A stretch of DNA of 64,000 bases from a virus. The notes below the pieces were generated by a model that saw nothing but the letters and a program-made list of their open reading frames with translations, searched no databases and had not been told where the DNA came from. Location of the stretch: IMG/VR virus record IMGVR_UViG_3300042563_002923, positions 2,610 through 66,609 of that record; one strand, given 5' to 3'. Positions 36,348 through 46,799 of the stretch are shown in pieces (position 1 is the stretch's first letter; every line of letters starts with the position of its first letter). The position numbers and the translations under genes were made by a program.

Positions 36348-39300
36348 ATGCCATCTTATTCAATCAGTAATGTTAACGTAGGTACTTACCCAAATGATGG
36401 GCAAGGGGATTCCTTACGTACAGCATTTGTAAAAGTAAATCAAAATTTTGACAATGTATATGCGTATGCTAATTTGGCATATTATAGTGGAGGAGGTGGC
36501 GGAAGTAGTAATTTTGAAGGTTGGCCTGATATTACTTCTACAAATTTAACTATATTGGCGAATAAACTTGCAAATGTCGCGCCTGTGAATCTCACGTTGT
36601 TAGCAAATGCCTTAGCAAACGTAACTACTGTTAATTTGGGGCAATTACAAAACGCATTGGTTAATGTAAATGTAACATCTTTAACAAATTTTACAAATGT
36701 ATTTAATTCAATAACTGCGAATGCAAATGTTCGCGCAATTTCTTTAGTTTCAAATCTTTCAGCTAACGGAACAGCAAATGGACAATCTGTTTATAATACT
36801 ACAGATGGCGGATTATATATTTGGAATGGAACTGCTTGGGTAAGCCCCGGTGCATCATTTACACCTACTTCTAATTCTATTAGCGGTGTTGAAATATTTA
36901 CAACTTTCTCATTGCCTACCGGCCCAGGAGATGGTAGAGATTTTAACGGCAGACAAGGATTTTATGAAAGTAATCTTTATCTTTTTACAGGTGGTGCGTG
37001 GTCATCTTACAATAGTTTTATTACAGGTTCCGGTACACCTGTTTTATCAGCTGGCATTATTACTGCAACTGAATTAGCTGCAGGCGCTGTTATTGCAGGT
37101 AAGATTGCAGCAGGTGCTATCAGAGCAACAGATATTGCTGCAGCAAATATCACCGCAAGTTTAATAGCATCAAACGCTATTATTGCTGGTAAAATTGATG
37201 CTGGCGTAATCAGTGCTCGAGAAGTTGCAACAGATGCAATAACAGCTTCAAAAATTGCAGCAAATGCAATTATTGCTGATAAAATTGAAGCGAATGCTGT
37301 AACAACAAATAAAATTGAAGCAAACGCAATTACAGCAGCAAAAATAGCAGTAGATGCGGTTTATGCTAACGCAATTCAATCAAATTCTATTGACACGAGA
37401 GTAATTAGAGCAAACGCAATTACAGCTGTACAATTAGCAGTAGATGCGGTTTATGCTAACGCAATTCAATCAAATTCTATTGATACTAGAATGTTGCGTG
37501 CAAATATTATTACTACTGTAGAACTTGCCACAAATGCAGTATTTGCAGAAAATATTTCAGCAAATGCAATTACATCAAATTCTATTGATGCTAACGCAAT
37601 TACTACAGTTCACCTCAGTGCAAACTCAGTAACTGCGGCCAAGATTGATTCTAGAGGATTGTCAATTAGAGATCTAAACGGCAATATATTATTCTCAGCT
37701 GGTACAGGAATAGGTTTCCTCAGTAATATTTCTATTGATGGTAATACTGTAATTACCGGCACGGGACAAACAATAACAGGATTAACCGGGGGGGCAATAC
37801 CAAAATGGTTAGATTTAAATTATGATGCGGCGGGATTTATTGTTGACAATTATACCGGAGCAGCTATAAATCAACCTAATATATTATTAACAGCCAATCT
37901 AAATGGTATGGCGGGAACGGTAACATTTACAACTGACCCCGCAACTATAACATTAACATCGTTAGGTGATCCAAATACAAAGAAATTACAACTTGCAAAT
38001 TGGTTGTCTGCAGAACCAAGTTATACAAACGTAAGAATAACCGCAAGTTTTGCATCGGCCGGGATAACTTATACTGATACTATCTTTTTATTTAAAGCAA
38101 ACATCAGCGCAACACCCACACCAATAATGGTGTTATCCGATGAGGTAAGAGCAATACCAACAGATTCAGCTGGACAGGTTTTGGCCGGTGTTTTGTCTGG
38201 CGGAGGTTCAGTCACAACTACAGCCTCCGTATTAGAGGGTCCAACCGATATATCTAGTTCTTATGACTATGCGGCAGCATCTTCTGGGTGTACAATCTCA
38301 TTTAGTTCTCGAACAGTAACTGTAACAGCTGTTAATTCGAATGTTGCAAATGTGGTAATTACCGCAACCGGTAAAGTGGCAACCAATAAATTCGGCACCC
38401 CTCCTTTAAGCAAAAAATTTAGTTTAGCTAAAGTACAACAAGGTACGAACGGTACAAACGGTACAAACGGTACAAATGGAACAGCCGGTGCTAGAGGTAG
38501 CGGCGTATTCTCAAGCGGTGTTGCTGGATTAAGTGCATGGAATGATACTACTGCAAACGGGGTAATTACCGGCGCAGGGTTAACAAAAGTTGTAAGAGAT
38601 CAAGTAACATTGTATGCAACCCCGGTTACCTCATCTAGTTTTACACAAACACGATTCTGGGACGGCGCTGCTTGGGTAGCAGTTTCTGCATTTATTAGCG
38701 GAGGATTGCTTGTCGATGGCACAATTTCCGCAAATAAGATAGTAACAGATTCTATTACATCTGCACAAATTGCTGCAGGCGCAATCACTGCTTCAGAAAT
38801 AGCTGCAGGCAATGTAACCTTAGATAAATTAAGAGCAGGCACTACTGCATTGCTAACAGGATATCAATTCTCATTGGGTGCAGTGGCAGGTATTAGAGTT
38901 GGTAATGTGGCGCTCAATCAGTCTGCAAATGCAGTTGTATTGGGATCAAGTAGTGTGGCGAACGTGTATGGCGGGTTGTTTGAATCAAAGGGCAATTACC
39001 CTGGTTTAGTATGCGGTACCCCCACTCTTTCAGGATTTACTAGAATTTCTGATTCAACATCGGCGTCTCTTAGAGACACTACTGCATTCCATGCATACAA
39101 AGGAGCAGATCCAACCTATACGTCTGCATTTACGCAGGCGTCATTAGCAAACCCAGTATTTGCAGGCAACTTTACCAGTCAGTCAAGAATTCTCTCACTT
39201 GCATCAGTCAATGGCGGATTCGTGCCCTCGGACAATTTGGTTCAATTAGGTATAGATCTAAGTACAGTATGGACTACTGCGAATCAAACGGTAGACTTAA

Positions 39301-40241
39301 CAACTGCTGGCATAGTTAGCGGATCATTTCAACGTTCAAGTGCAATGGTAGGGCGAAATTTTGGTTTGGAAAAATATCCAGGATTTAGAACGTTAACATA
39401 TTTTAATTATTCTAAAGGTACAGGAGATGCTGCATCCGGTGCGGCCGGAGGTGACACTTTCGCCGGACAATTTACATCTTATGCTCAAAGGTTACCCGCA
39501 ATTCGTTCAACTGATTCCAATACTAATGTTAATACATCTTTTGTTAGATTGGGTACAGATTTGTCGTATCAATTTAGTTCATATAGCCCAACTAATGAAA
39601 TGGGAAGAGCACTTTGGGTTACTAAGGGAGAGTCAAGATGGGAGGCGGGGTGCTCATCTTATTTCGACGGACCAGTTTATTTAAACGGCACGCTTCAAAC
39701 ATTTACCGGCGGCCACCCTGGATTATATTCTAAAGCGGAGACAATAGAACCAGGTGATATTGTAATAGACACCCCATATATTATACAAGGGGATATTAAC
39801 AATGTATTGACAGTTGTTACAAAATCAACTACCCCGCAACAAAAATCAGCAATTGGAGTTTTTGTTGAAATTTCTTCAGGAAAACTACCGTTCATGCTTT
39901 TAAATACAATAAGAGGCGAAGAAGAAGTGTTAGTGGATGGAAAAACTATAATACAACCAAAAGTAGAAATTGAAACACTAAAACCCGAATATGAAGACTT
40001 GATGAATGATAATAATGTTTGTAAAATTAACGCATTGGGTGAAGGTTTAATTAATGTATGCGGTGAAAACGGAAATATTGAGATTGGCGATTATATCACA
40101 ACATCTTCAATTCCAGGTAAAGGCATGAAACAAAGTGATGACTTAATGCGTAATTACACTGTAGCAAAATCAAGAGAAAATGTTACATTCTCATCACCAA
40201 CCGAAGTTAAGCTAATTGCTTGTACTTATCACTGCGGATAA
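36348..40241 (+). CDS. tail fiber / receptor-binding protein with gp9/gp10-like N-terminus and C-terminal autocleaved chaperone-like domain
   Basis: NVGT.PNDGQGDSLRTAFVKVNQNF; 10-aa repeats (IxAxKIxANA); GTN triplets; C-terminal FTGGH...NALGEG...GDYITTS..PGKGMKQ...IACTYHCG. Confidence 0.8.
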   Translation: MPSYSISNVNVGTYPNDGQGDSLRTAFVKVNQNFDNVYAYANLAYYSGGGGGSSNFEGWPDITSTNLTILANKLANVAPVNLTLLANALANVTTVNLGQLQNALVNVNVTSLTNFTNVFNSITANANVRAISLVSNLSANGTANGQSVYNTTDGGLYIWNGTAWVSPGASFTPTSNSISGVEIFTTFSLPTGPGDGRDFNGRQGFYESNLYLFTGGAWSSYNSFITGSGTPVLSAGIITATELAAGAVIAGKIAAGAIRATDIAAANITASLIASNAIIAGKIDAGVISAREVATDAITASKIAANAIIADKIEANAVTTNKIEANAITAAKIAVDAVYANAIQSNSIDTRVIRANAITAVQLAVDAVYANAIQSNSIDTRMLRANIITTVELATNAVFAENISANAITSNSIDANAITTVHLSANSVTAAKIDSRGLSIRDLNGNILFSAGTGIGFLSNISIDGNTVITGTGQTITGLTGGAIPKWLDLNYDAAGFIVDNYTGAAINQPNILLTANLNGMAGTVTFTTDPATITLTSLGDPNTKKLQLANWLSAEPSYTNVRITASFASAGITYTDTIFLFKANISATPTPIMVLSDEVRAIPTDSAGQVLAGVLSGGGSVTTTASVLEGPTDISSSYDYAAASSGCTISFSSRTVTVTAVNSNVANVVITATGKVATNKFGTPPLSKKFSLAKVQQGTNGTNGTNGTNGTAGARGSGVFSSGVAGLSAWNDTTANGVITGAGLTKVVRDQVTLYATPVTSSSFTQTRFWDGAAWVAVSAFISGGLLVDGTISANKIVTDSITSAQIAAGAITASEIAAGNVTLDKLRAGTTALLTGYQFSLGAVAGIRVGNVALNQSANAVVLGSSSVANVYGGLFESKGNYPGLVCGTPTLSGFTRISDSTSASLRDTTAFHAYKGADPTYTSAFTQASLANPVFAGNFTSQSRILSLASVNGGFVPSDNLVQLGIDLSTVWTTANQTVDLTTAGIVSGSFQRSSAMVGRNFGLEKYPGFRTLTYFNYSKGTGDAASGAAGGDTFAGQFTSYAQRLPAIRSTDSNTNVNTSFVRLGTDLSYQFSSYSPTNEMGRALWVTKGESRWEAGCSSYFDGPVYLNGTLQTFTGGHPGLYSKAETIEPGDIVIDTPYIIQGDINNVLTVVTKSTTPQQKSAIGVFVEISSGKLPFMLLNTIRGEEEVLVDGKTIIQPKVEIETLKPEYEDLMNDNNVCKINALGEGLINVCGENGNIEIGDYITTSSIPGKGMKQSDDLMRNYTVAKSRENVTFSSPTEVKLIACTYHCG
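37321..37500 (+). repeat. 90-bp tandem duplication within tail fiber gene
   Basis: Two near-identical units caaacgcaattacagc...tagcagtagatgcggtttatgctaacgcaattcaatcaaattctattga starting at 37321 and 37411. Confidence 0.85.
38442..38477 (+). repeat. 9-bp tandem repeat x4 encoding (GTN)4
   Basis: ggtacgaac ggtacaaac ggtacaaac ggtacaaat. Confidence 0.85.
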
Positions 40242-40244
40242 TAA

Positions 40245-40574
40245 ATGGCAACAACTAAAAATTTAGTAATAGACCAAGGCGCAACATTTAGCGCCAATAT
40301 CCAATTTTTGGATAATAGCAAAAATCCAATATCGTTGACGGGATATAGTGCCCGTAGTCAAATGCGTAGATCATATTCTAGCGCAAATGCCACGACATTT
40401 ACTGCAAATATTACTAATGCAACAACAGGTAACGTATCAATATCGTTAACCTCAAGTCAAACGGCCAACCTAATTGCAGGTAGATACATATATGATATAG
40501 AGGCAAATATAGCCGATACTATTGTAAGAATAGTAGAAGGTATTGTAACAGTTAACCCAGGAGTAACTCGATAA
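40245..40574 (+). CDS. conserved virion protein (Ig-like, BppU N-terminal-like)
   Basis: NLVIDQGATF, LTGY.ARSQMRRSY, GRYIYDIE, RIVEGIVTV.PGVTR. Confidence 0.7.
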   Translation: MATTKNLVIDQGATFSANIQFLDNSKNPISLTGYSARSQMRRSYSSANATTFTANITNATTGNVSISLTSSQTANLIAGRYIYDIEANIADTIVRIVEGIVTVNPGVTR

Positions 40575-41317
40575 TGGCTAGCGTAACATCTAGAGAACAA
40601 TTAAAAGATTATTGCCTAAGACAATTAGGTGCTCCTGTAATTGAGATAAACGTCGATGACGATCAAGTTGAAGATCGTATTGATGATGCGTTTCAATTCT
40701 ATCGTGAGTATCACTTCGATGCTGTAGAAAAATTATATTTAAAGCATGAGATAACAGCTAATAATATATCTAATCAGTATATTGAAATATCAAATGCTGT
40801 TGTAGGTGTTGAGAGAGTATTTCCGTTTATGAATAAGTCTACGGGAACTAACATCTTTGATATTAAATACCAAATTTTAATTAATGATTTGTATACTTTA
40901 ATGTCTACAGATTTGATATACTATACTGCAGTTAGACAAGAACTTGAATTAATTAATCAATTACTTGTGGGACAAAAACCAATTCGATTCAATAGACATA
41001 TGAATAGGTTACATATTGATATGGATTGGGCTGCAGATGTTGTTCCCGGCACATATATTATTGTAGAATGCTGGAGAATATTAGACCCAGATGTTTATAC
41101 CGATGTATATAACGATATGTTCTTAAAAAGATATGCTACCGCCCAAATTAAAAAACAATGGGGTAATAATTTGAAGAAGTTTGCAGGTGTACAACTTCCT
41201 GGAGGAGTAACATTAAACGGTGAGATTATCTATCAGGAAGCAACCGAAGAAATTAGGCAAATTGAAACTGAAATACAGTCTAGATTCGAATTGCCTGTAG
41301 ATATGTTTGTCGGTTAA
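40574..41317 (+). CDS. 13: neck protein gp13
   Basis: LKDYCLR.LGAPVIEINVDDDQVEDRID, KKQWG.NL.KF.GVQLPGGVTLNG. Confidence 0.95.
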   Translation: MASVTSREQLKDYCLRQLGAPVIEINVDDDQVEDRIDDAFQFYREYHFDAVEKLYLKHEITANNISNQYIEISNAVVGVERVFPFMNKSTGTNIFDIKYQILINDLYTLMSTDLIYYTAVRQELELINQLLVGQKPIRFNRHMNRLHIDMDWAADVVPGTYIIVECWRILDPDVYTDVYNDMFLKRYATAQIKKQWGNNLKKFAGVQLPGGVTLNGEIIYQEATEEIRQIETEIQSRFELPVDMFVG

Positions 41318-41349
41318 TTAATACTTCTTATCACTGAGCCTCATAGCAT

Positions 41350-41378
41350 ATACTAACATCGTGTCAATAGATTGTCAA
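41350..41378 (-). promoter_or_regulatory. candidate antisense sigma70 promoter between gp13 and gp14
   Basis: Minus strand TTGACA (41378-41373)-17 nt-TAGTAT (41355-41350) with TG extension; second TTGACA at 41367-41362. Confidence 0.45.
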
Positions 41379-41395
41379 TAGAAACATAATATAAA

Positions 41396-42148
41396 ATGGC
41401 AACCGTAAATCCATATTTTCAATCCGGCGTTCCTATGGGACGTTCTTCTGAACAAAATATCTATGAAGACTTAATCATAGAGTGTATGAAGATTTATGGT
41501 TTTGAATTATACTATTTACCTCGCAAAGCATACAATGAAGATCGTATTTTGGGAGAAGATCCTTTAAACAACTACGAACATGCTTATCCTATTGAGATGT
41601 ATTTGGAAAGCAATACAGGTTTTGAGGGCCAGGGTGAATTCTTATCTAGATTTGGTGTAGAAACCGTTGAGAGCGCTAATTTTGTCGTCTCGAGAAAACG
41701 TTGGTTAGAGGTTGCTGGTAATACCGGCAATACTGTTTTGGCAACTCGACCAGCTGAAGGCGACATTCTTTTCTTTCCATTAACAAAGTCATATTTTGAA
41801 ATACGCAAAGTAGAAGGGGATAAACCTTTCTATCAGGTTGGTAAACTTTATGTCTACAAATTAACTTGCGAATTAATGCAGTTCTCAAGCGAAGTTATTA
41901 ACACGGGCATTGCTGAAATTGACACATACCCTGACGTAATAAATGAAGATGTTCGCAATTTTGTGTTACTGCAGGAGAATGGGGATGAATTACTTATTGA
42001 AGCAAATAGTGAATCTCCAATCGTCAACGAAACATATTCCACATTACACGCCGATGATGCTGGCGCACGAAATGAAGATTTTGACACTAATATTGCAGAC
42101 ATTTTAGATTTTAGTGAAAGAAATCCATTCGGAGAGGTATTTAAATAA
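41396..42148 (+). CDS. 14: neck protein gp14
   Basis: NPYF, EQ...EDLIIE..KIYG...YYLPR, RPAEGD, PFYQ.GK, DFSERNPFGE. Confidence 0.94.
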   Translation: MATVNPYFQSGVPMGRSSEQNIYEDLIIECMKIYGFELYYLPRKAYNEDRILGEDPLNNYEHAYPIEMYLESNTGFEGQGEFLSRFGVETVESANFVVSRKRWLEVAGNTGNTVLATRPAEGDILFFPLTKSYFEIRKVEGDKPFYQVGKLYVYKLTCELMQFSSEVINTGIAEIDTYPDVINEDVRNFVLLQENGDELLIEANSESPIVNETYSTLHADDAGARNEDFDTNIADILDFSERNPFGEVFK

Positions 42149-42900
42149 TGTTAGACCAAAGATTTTATTGGGGAACAATCCGAAAGGCAATTGTTGCGTT
42201 TGGCAATATGTTCAACAATATTAATGTTGAAAGAAGAGACGCTGACGGCAATATAATTCAAATATTAAAGGTTCCTTTATCTTATTCAGGCAAATCTAAA
42301 GCACTGGCCCGAATTCAGCAACGCCCAAATGTCGATGATCGCCAAGTGCAAATTATTGTACCACGAATTGCATTTGAGATGACAACTTTAAATTATGATT
42401 ATAATCGTAAAATAAGTCCAGTGCAACAAAGTAGAGCAGTTAATTCAACTACAACCACTTTAGATTCACAGTATGCACCCACGCCGTACAATATTAATGT
42501 ACAATTATATGTGTACGTTAAGAATCAAGATGATGGTTTGCAAATTATAGAACAAATCCTACCATATTTTAATCCTGATTATAATTTAACGATGAAGTCA
42601 ATTCCTCAGTTAAATATTAAAAACGATTTGCCTATTATTTTAGATTCAGTTTCGTTTGAAGATAATTATGATGGTGATTTTGAAGATAGACGAACTATTA
42701 TTTGGACATTGTCATTCACAATGAAACTTAATTTTTATGGTCCTGTTAATAAACAAGGCATTATTAAGAAGGTTGTTGCAAGCACATTTAATAATGCTAA
42801 TTTATCTGAAAGAATAAATGTTATAACTACAACTCCTGATCCGTTGGATGCCAAACCGGGTGATAATATAGGATTTACAGATACGATTGAAGATTTTTAA
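42148..42900 (+). CDS. 15: tail sheath stabilizer / terminator gp15
   Basis: FY..TIRK.IVAFG.MFNNI, PRI.FEM, QIIEQILPYF.P, RRTIIWTL.F. Confidence 0.94.
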   Translation: MLDQRFYWGTIRKAIVAFGNMFNNINVERRDADGNIIQILKVPLSYSGKSKALARIQQRPNVDDRQVQIIVPRIAFEMTTLNYDYNRKISPVQQSRAVNSTTTTLDSQYAPTPYNINVQLYVYVKNQDDGLQIIEQILPYFNPDYNLTMKSIPQLNIKNDLPIILDSVSFEDNYDGDFEDRRTIIWTLSFTMKLNFYGPVNKQGIIKKVVASTFNNANLSERINVITTTPDPLDAKPGDNIGFTDTIEDF

Positions 42901-43334
42901 TGAAAAAAATTCCTGAACTAGATGCGTTATTTGATATAACTCCTGTAGATGAAACAGATTTGCCTACTACTTTACCTGCGGTTAGTGATTCTGAATCAAG
43001 AAAAATGGATCAGGAAGATGATTATCAATTAGCAAGAAATACTCTACGCAACCTTATAAATAAAAGTGAAGATACTTTAGATCAAATGATAGAGCTTGCT
43101 AAAAATTCAGAACATCCTAGAACATATGAAGTTGCCGGTCAACTAATTAAAACAGTTTCTGATGTAGCAAAAGACCTTATGGATTTGCAGAAAAAAGCTA
43201 AAGAGTTGAAAAAAGATGATCCCGATGGTCCGAGAAATATAACAACGAATAATAATGTTGTATTTGCTGGTTCTACTGCGGAACTAATGAAAATGCTAGG
43301 CAACAAAGACGACGGCAGAACAATTGAGCAATAA
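42900..43334 (+). CDS. 16: terminase small subunit gp16
   Basis: DDYQLAR..L, SEHPRTYEVAGQLIK, NNN.VF.GSTAELMK. Confidence 0.94.
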   Translation: MKKIPELDALFDITPVDETDLPTTLPAVSDSESRKMDQEDDYQLARNTLRNLINKSEDTLDQMIELAKNSEHPRTYEVAGQLIKTVSDVAKDLMDLQKKAKELKKDDPDGPRNITTNNNVVFAGSTAELMKMLGNKDDGRTIEQ

Positions 43335-44991
43335 ACAAATATCATATAACGGAAATCCCAATCTTAAACCAATTGGAACCGTACAACAATACACCTCAGA
43401 TCAAGTTAAAGAGTTAATGCGGTGTATGAGTGACCCTATCTATTTTATAGAAACATATTGTAAAATTGTTTCATTAGATAAAGGTCTTATTAGTTTTAAA
43501 CTTTACGAATGTCAAAAAGAAAAAGTAGGCGTTATACTTAATAATCGTAAAGTTATTCTGATGGAAGGTCGCCAACAAGGCAAAACCATTACATCTGCAG
43601 CATGTATTCTTTGGTACACACTATTTCAAGAAAATAAAACAGTTGCTATTCTGGCGAATAAATCGTCAGCTGCGCGAGAGGTACTTTCTCGATACGAACT
43701 AATGTATGAGATGCTTCCTATGTGGATGCAGCAAGGTGTTAAAACATTCAACAAGGGCGATATTGAACTTGAGAATGGATCTAAAGTATTTACTGCAGCA
43801 ACAAGCTCATCTGGTATTCGAGGTAAATCTGTAAATTGGTTGTATATTGATGAGGCCGCTATTATTCCAAATAATGTTGCAGAAGATTTCTTTACTTCTG
43901 TTTATCCTACAATTTCTGCAGGCCAGACAACAAAGATTCTTCTCACATCTACCCCGCTAGGATATAATCACTTCTGGAAGTTCTGGAACGAAGCGGAACA
44001 AGGATTAAATGGATTTGTTCCAATGTTTATCCCATATAACAGAATTCCCGGTAGAGATGATAAATGGGCAGCTGAACAAAAATCAATGCTGGGTGAACTC
44101 AAGTTTAACCAAGAAGTTTTATGTAGATTCCTTGGTTCATCTAACACACTTATTAATCCCGATACGATTGCTGCTATGTCCACAAAGCAGTTTGTTTATA
44201 CTAAAGACGGATTAGATATTCTAGAAGAACCGCAGGAAGAGCATGTATATATGCTAGTTGCTGATACTTCTCGAGGCGTCGGCGGAGATTACTCAGCATT
44301 TACTGTTATAGACATAACTGCGTATCCCTATACTGTAGTAGCTAAATATAGAAGTAACAGAATTAGTCCGTTGTTATTTCCCAACATTATTTACAAAGTA
44401 GCTAAAGATTACCACAAGGCATACTGTTTGGTAGAGATTAACGATAACGGACAACAAGTAGCGGATTCGCTGTATATGGACTTAGAGTACGAAAACGTAT
44501 TCTTTGTGGGCAGTAGCAGTAAATCTGGACAATATCTTTCTGGCGGATTTACGCCAGGAGCAACACTGGGCGTAAGAACTACTAAACAAGTTAAACGTCT
44601 AGGAACAACGACATTTAAGAGTCTTGTAGAAGGTACAAAGTTACTAATACATGACCCTGAAATTATTGAAGAAATTTCTACATTTATCGAAGTTCGGGGA
44701 ACGCATAAGGCAGATGAAGGTTACCATGATGATTTGGTAATGTGTCTTGTATTATTCTCATGGGCAACAAACGAACCGTTCTTTAAAGATTTAACAGATT
44801 CAAATCTTAGAAAAGTCTTATATGAAGAACAATTTAAGCAAATCGAGGAGAATCTAACTCCTTTTGGTATAGTAAATGATGGCCTTCCGCAAAAGGATGA
44901 GCCGGTGGTTATGGATGATGATGTGTGGTTTTCGGCGGATCCTGCAAAAGAAATGGAAAAACTTAAAACTAAATGGATGGAAAATGTCTAA
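43324..44991 (+). CDS. 17: terminase large subunit gp17 (TTG start)
   Basis: YNGNPNLK, RQQGKT, IDEAA, STPLG.NHF, DTSRGVGGDYS, HDDLVM. Confidence 0.97.
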   Translation: MSNKQISYNGNPNLKPIGTVQQYTSDQVKELMRCMSDPIYFIETYCKIVSLDKGLISFKLYECQKEKVGVILNNRKVILMEGRQQGKTITSAACILWYTLFQENKTVAILANKSSAAREVLSRYELMYEMLPMWMQQGVKTFNKGDIELENGSKVFTAATSSSGIRGKSVNWLYIDEAAIIPNNVAEDFFTSVYPTISAGQTTKILLTSTPLGYNHFWKFWNEAEQGLNGFVPMFIPYNRIPGRDDKWAAEQKSMLGELKFNQEVLCRFLGSSNTLINPDTIAAMSTKQFVYTKDGLDILEEPQEEHVYMLVADTSRGVGGDYSAFTVIDITAYPYTVVAKYRSNRISPLLFPNIIYKVAKDYHKAYCLVEINDNGQQVADSLYMDLEYENVFFVGSSSKSGQYLSGGFTPGATLGVRTTKQVKRLGTTTFKSLVEGTKLLIHDPEIIEEISTFIEVRGTHKADEGYHDDLVMCLVLFSWATNEPFFKDLTDSNLRKVLYEEQFKQIEENLTPFGIVNDGLPQKDEPVVMDDDVWFSADPAKEMEKLKTKWMENV

Positions 44992-45002
44992 AAACTTATA
45001 CT

Positions 45003-45010
45003 TATAAATA
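45003..45010 (+). promoter_or_regulatory. T4-type late promoter
   Basis: TATAAATA upstream of gp18. Confidence 0.8.
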
Positions 45011-45060
45011 AATAGTAATCAAATAGTTATATAACTATGTAAATCTTTAAGGAGAATAAG

Positions 45061-46785
45061 ATGGCATTTCAGCTCTCACCAGGCGTACTAGTACAAGAAA
45101 AGGATTTAACTGCAATAGTCCCTTCTGTTGCTACTTCTGCCGGCGCATTTGCTGGCGCCTTCCAATGGGGACCTGTTGGGCAAGTTACCACCGTTGATTC
45201 GGAAAATAATTTAGTAAAATATTTTGGCGGACCGAATGATGAAAATTTTACATCATTTTTTACTGCAGCAAATTTTTTAACGTATGGTAACAATTTAAAA
45301 CTAGTTCGTGTTGTGAATGAAGCGACCTCAAAAAACGCAATTGCTAACGCAAATGCAACAGCAATTGTAATTAAAAATTATGACGATTTTCTTGCTAGTA
45401 GATCAAGTGGTGGATATGGGTTAGGCGAATTCGCTGCCAAATATCCTGGTGCTTTGGGAAATTCATTAAAAGTTTCAATGGTTGACGGTAATACGTGGGC
45501 AGCGTATAATGGATTTTCTGGTAATGCATGGCCTTATCAAGCTGAATTTAACAGTGCTCCTGGCACATCTGTTTATGCTAGCACTTTAGCTGGTTCTAAT
45601 GACGAATTGCACGTTATTGTTATAGATGAAGATGGAGCTTGGTCGGGTGTTAGAGATACTGTTTTAGAAAAATATTCGTATGTTTCAAAGGCATCAGATT
45701 CCAAGAACACAGATGGATCTTCAAACTATTATAAAGATATAATTAATACACAATCTGAATATGTTTGGTCTATAGATCATCCAACAACCGGCACAAATTG
45801 GGGAACAACAGTTTCAGGAAAAACATTTGCTAATTTGAGCACAAATGTTTCTGTTTCATTATCAAAAGGTGTGTCCGACGAAGCAAATGTTACTGCGGGT
45901 AATGTAATTGCTGGATTTAATTTATTCGCAAATGACGAATTGTATGATGTTAGTTTGATACCGTTGGGTCCTTGGAGCAATACAGCAGCAGTTGTTAGTG
46001 CGGCTCTTACAATTGCAGAAGATAGAAAAGATTGTGTAATATTCTTATCTCCTAGTTACGAATCAGTTGTTAATATTTCTCCGTCATTACAGGCAACAAA
46101 TGTTGTAAATTGGAGAAATGCATCTACAACAACTGGCGGCGTAAATTCTAGTTATGCTATTATGGATTCTGGTTGGAAATATCAGTATGATCGTTACAAC
46201 GACAAATATCGTTGGGTTACTCTAAATGGCGATATTGCAGGTATTTGTGCAAGAACCGACGACTTAGCAGAATCTTGGTTCAGCCCTGGTGGATTTAATC
46301 GCGGTCAAATTAGAAATGTTGTTAAATTGGCATTTAATCCGTCTAAAACAGATAGAGATACTCTATACAAAGCAGGTATTAATCCTGTTGTAGCATTCCC
46401 TGGACAAGGGACAGTTCTATTCGGCGATAAAACAATGTTGGCTAAACCTAGCGCATTTGATAGAATCAATGTTCGTAGATTGTTTATTGTTTTGGAAAAA
46501 GCTATTGCAACAGCATCAAAATTCCAATTATTCGAATTTAACGATCCATTTACAAGAGCACAATTTAAAAATCTAGTAGAACCATTCTTAAGAGATGTTC
46601 AAGGTCGTCGTGGTATTTCAGACTTTAGAGTTATTTGCGACGAAACAAACAACACTGGTGATGTAATTGATAGAAATGAATTCAGAGCTGATATTTATAT
46701 CAAACCTGCTCGTTCTATTAACTTTATATCTCTAACATTTGTTGCTGCTAGATCAGGAATTTCTTTTGAAGAAATTGGCGCCTAA
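45061..46785 (+). CDS. 18: tail sheath protein gp18
   Basis: FQLSPGV...EKDLT, F.WGP, WFSPGG.NRG, FDRINVRRLF, IKPARSINFI.L.FVA. Confidence 0.97.
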   Translation: MAFQLSPGVLVQEKDLTAIVPSVATSAGAFAGAFQWGPVGQVTTVDSENNLVKYFGGPNDENFTSFFTAANFLTYGNNLKLVRVVNEATSKNAIANANATAIVIKNYDDFLASRSSGGYGLGEFAAKYPGALGNSLKVSMVDGNTWAAYNGFSGNAWPYQAEFNSAPGTSVYASTLAGSNDELHVIVIDEDGAWSGVRDTVLEKYSYVSKASDSKNTDGSSNYYKDIINTQSEYVWSIDHPTTGTNWGTTVSGKTFANLSTNVSVSLSKGVSDEANVTAGNVIAGFNLFANDELYDVSLIPLGPWSNTAAVVSAALTIAEDRKDCVIFLSPSYESVVNISPSLQATNVVNWRNASTTTGGVNSSYAIMDSGWKYQYDRYNDKYRWVTLNGDIAGICARTDDLAESWFSPGGFNRGQIRNVVKLAFNPSKTDRDTLYKAGINPVVAFPGQGTVLFGDKTMLAKPSAFDRINVRRLFIVLEKAIATASKFQLFEFNDPFTRAQFKNLVEPFLRDVQGRRGISDFRVICDETNNTGDVIDRNEFRADIYIKPARSINFISLTFVAARSGISFEEIGA

Positions 46786-46799
46786 TAAGGAGAACATAA

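Noticed and set aside
36348-40241. Diversity-generating retroelement target in the tail fiber
   Set aside because: No reverse transcriptase or template/variable repeat pair visible; the repeats are simple in-frame tandem duplications
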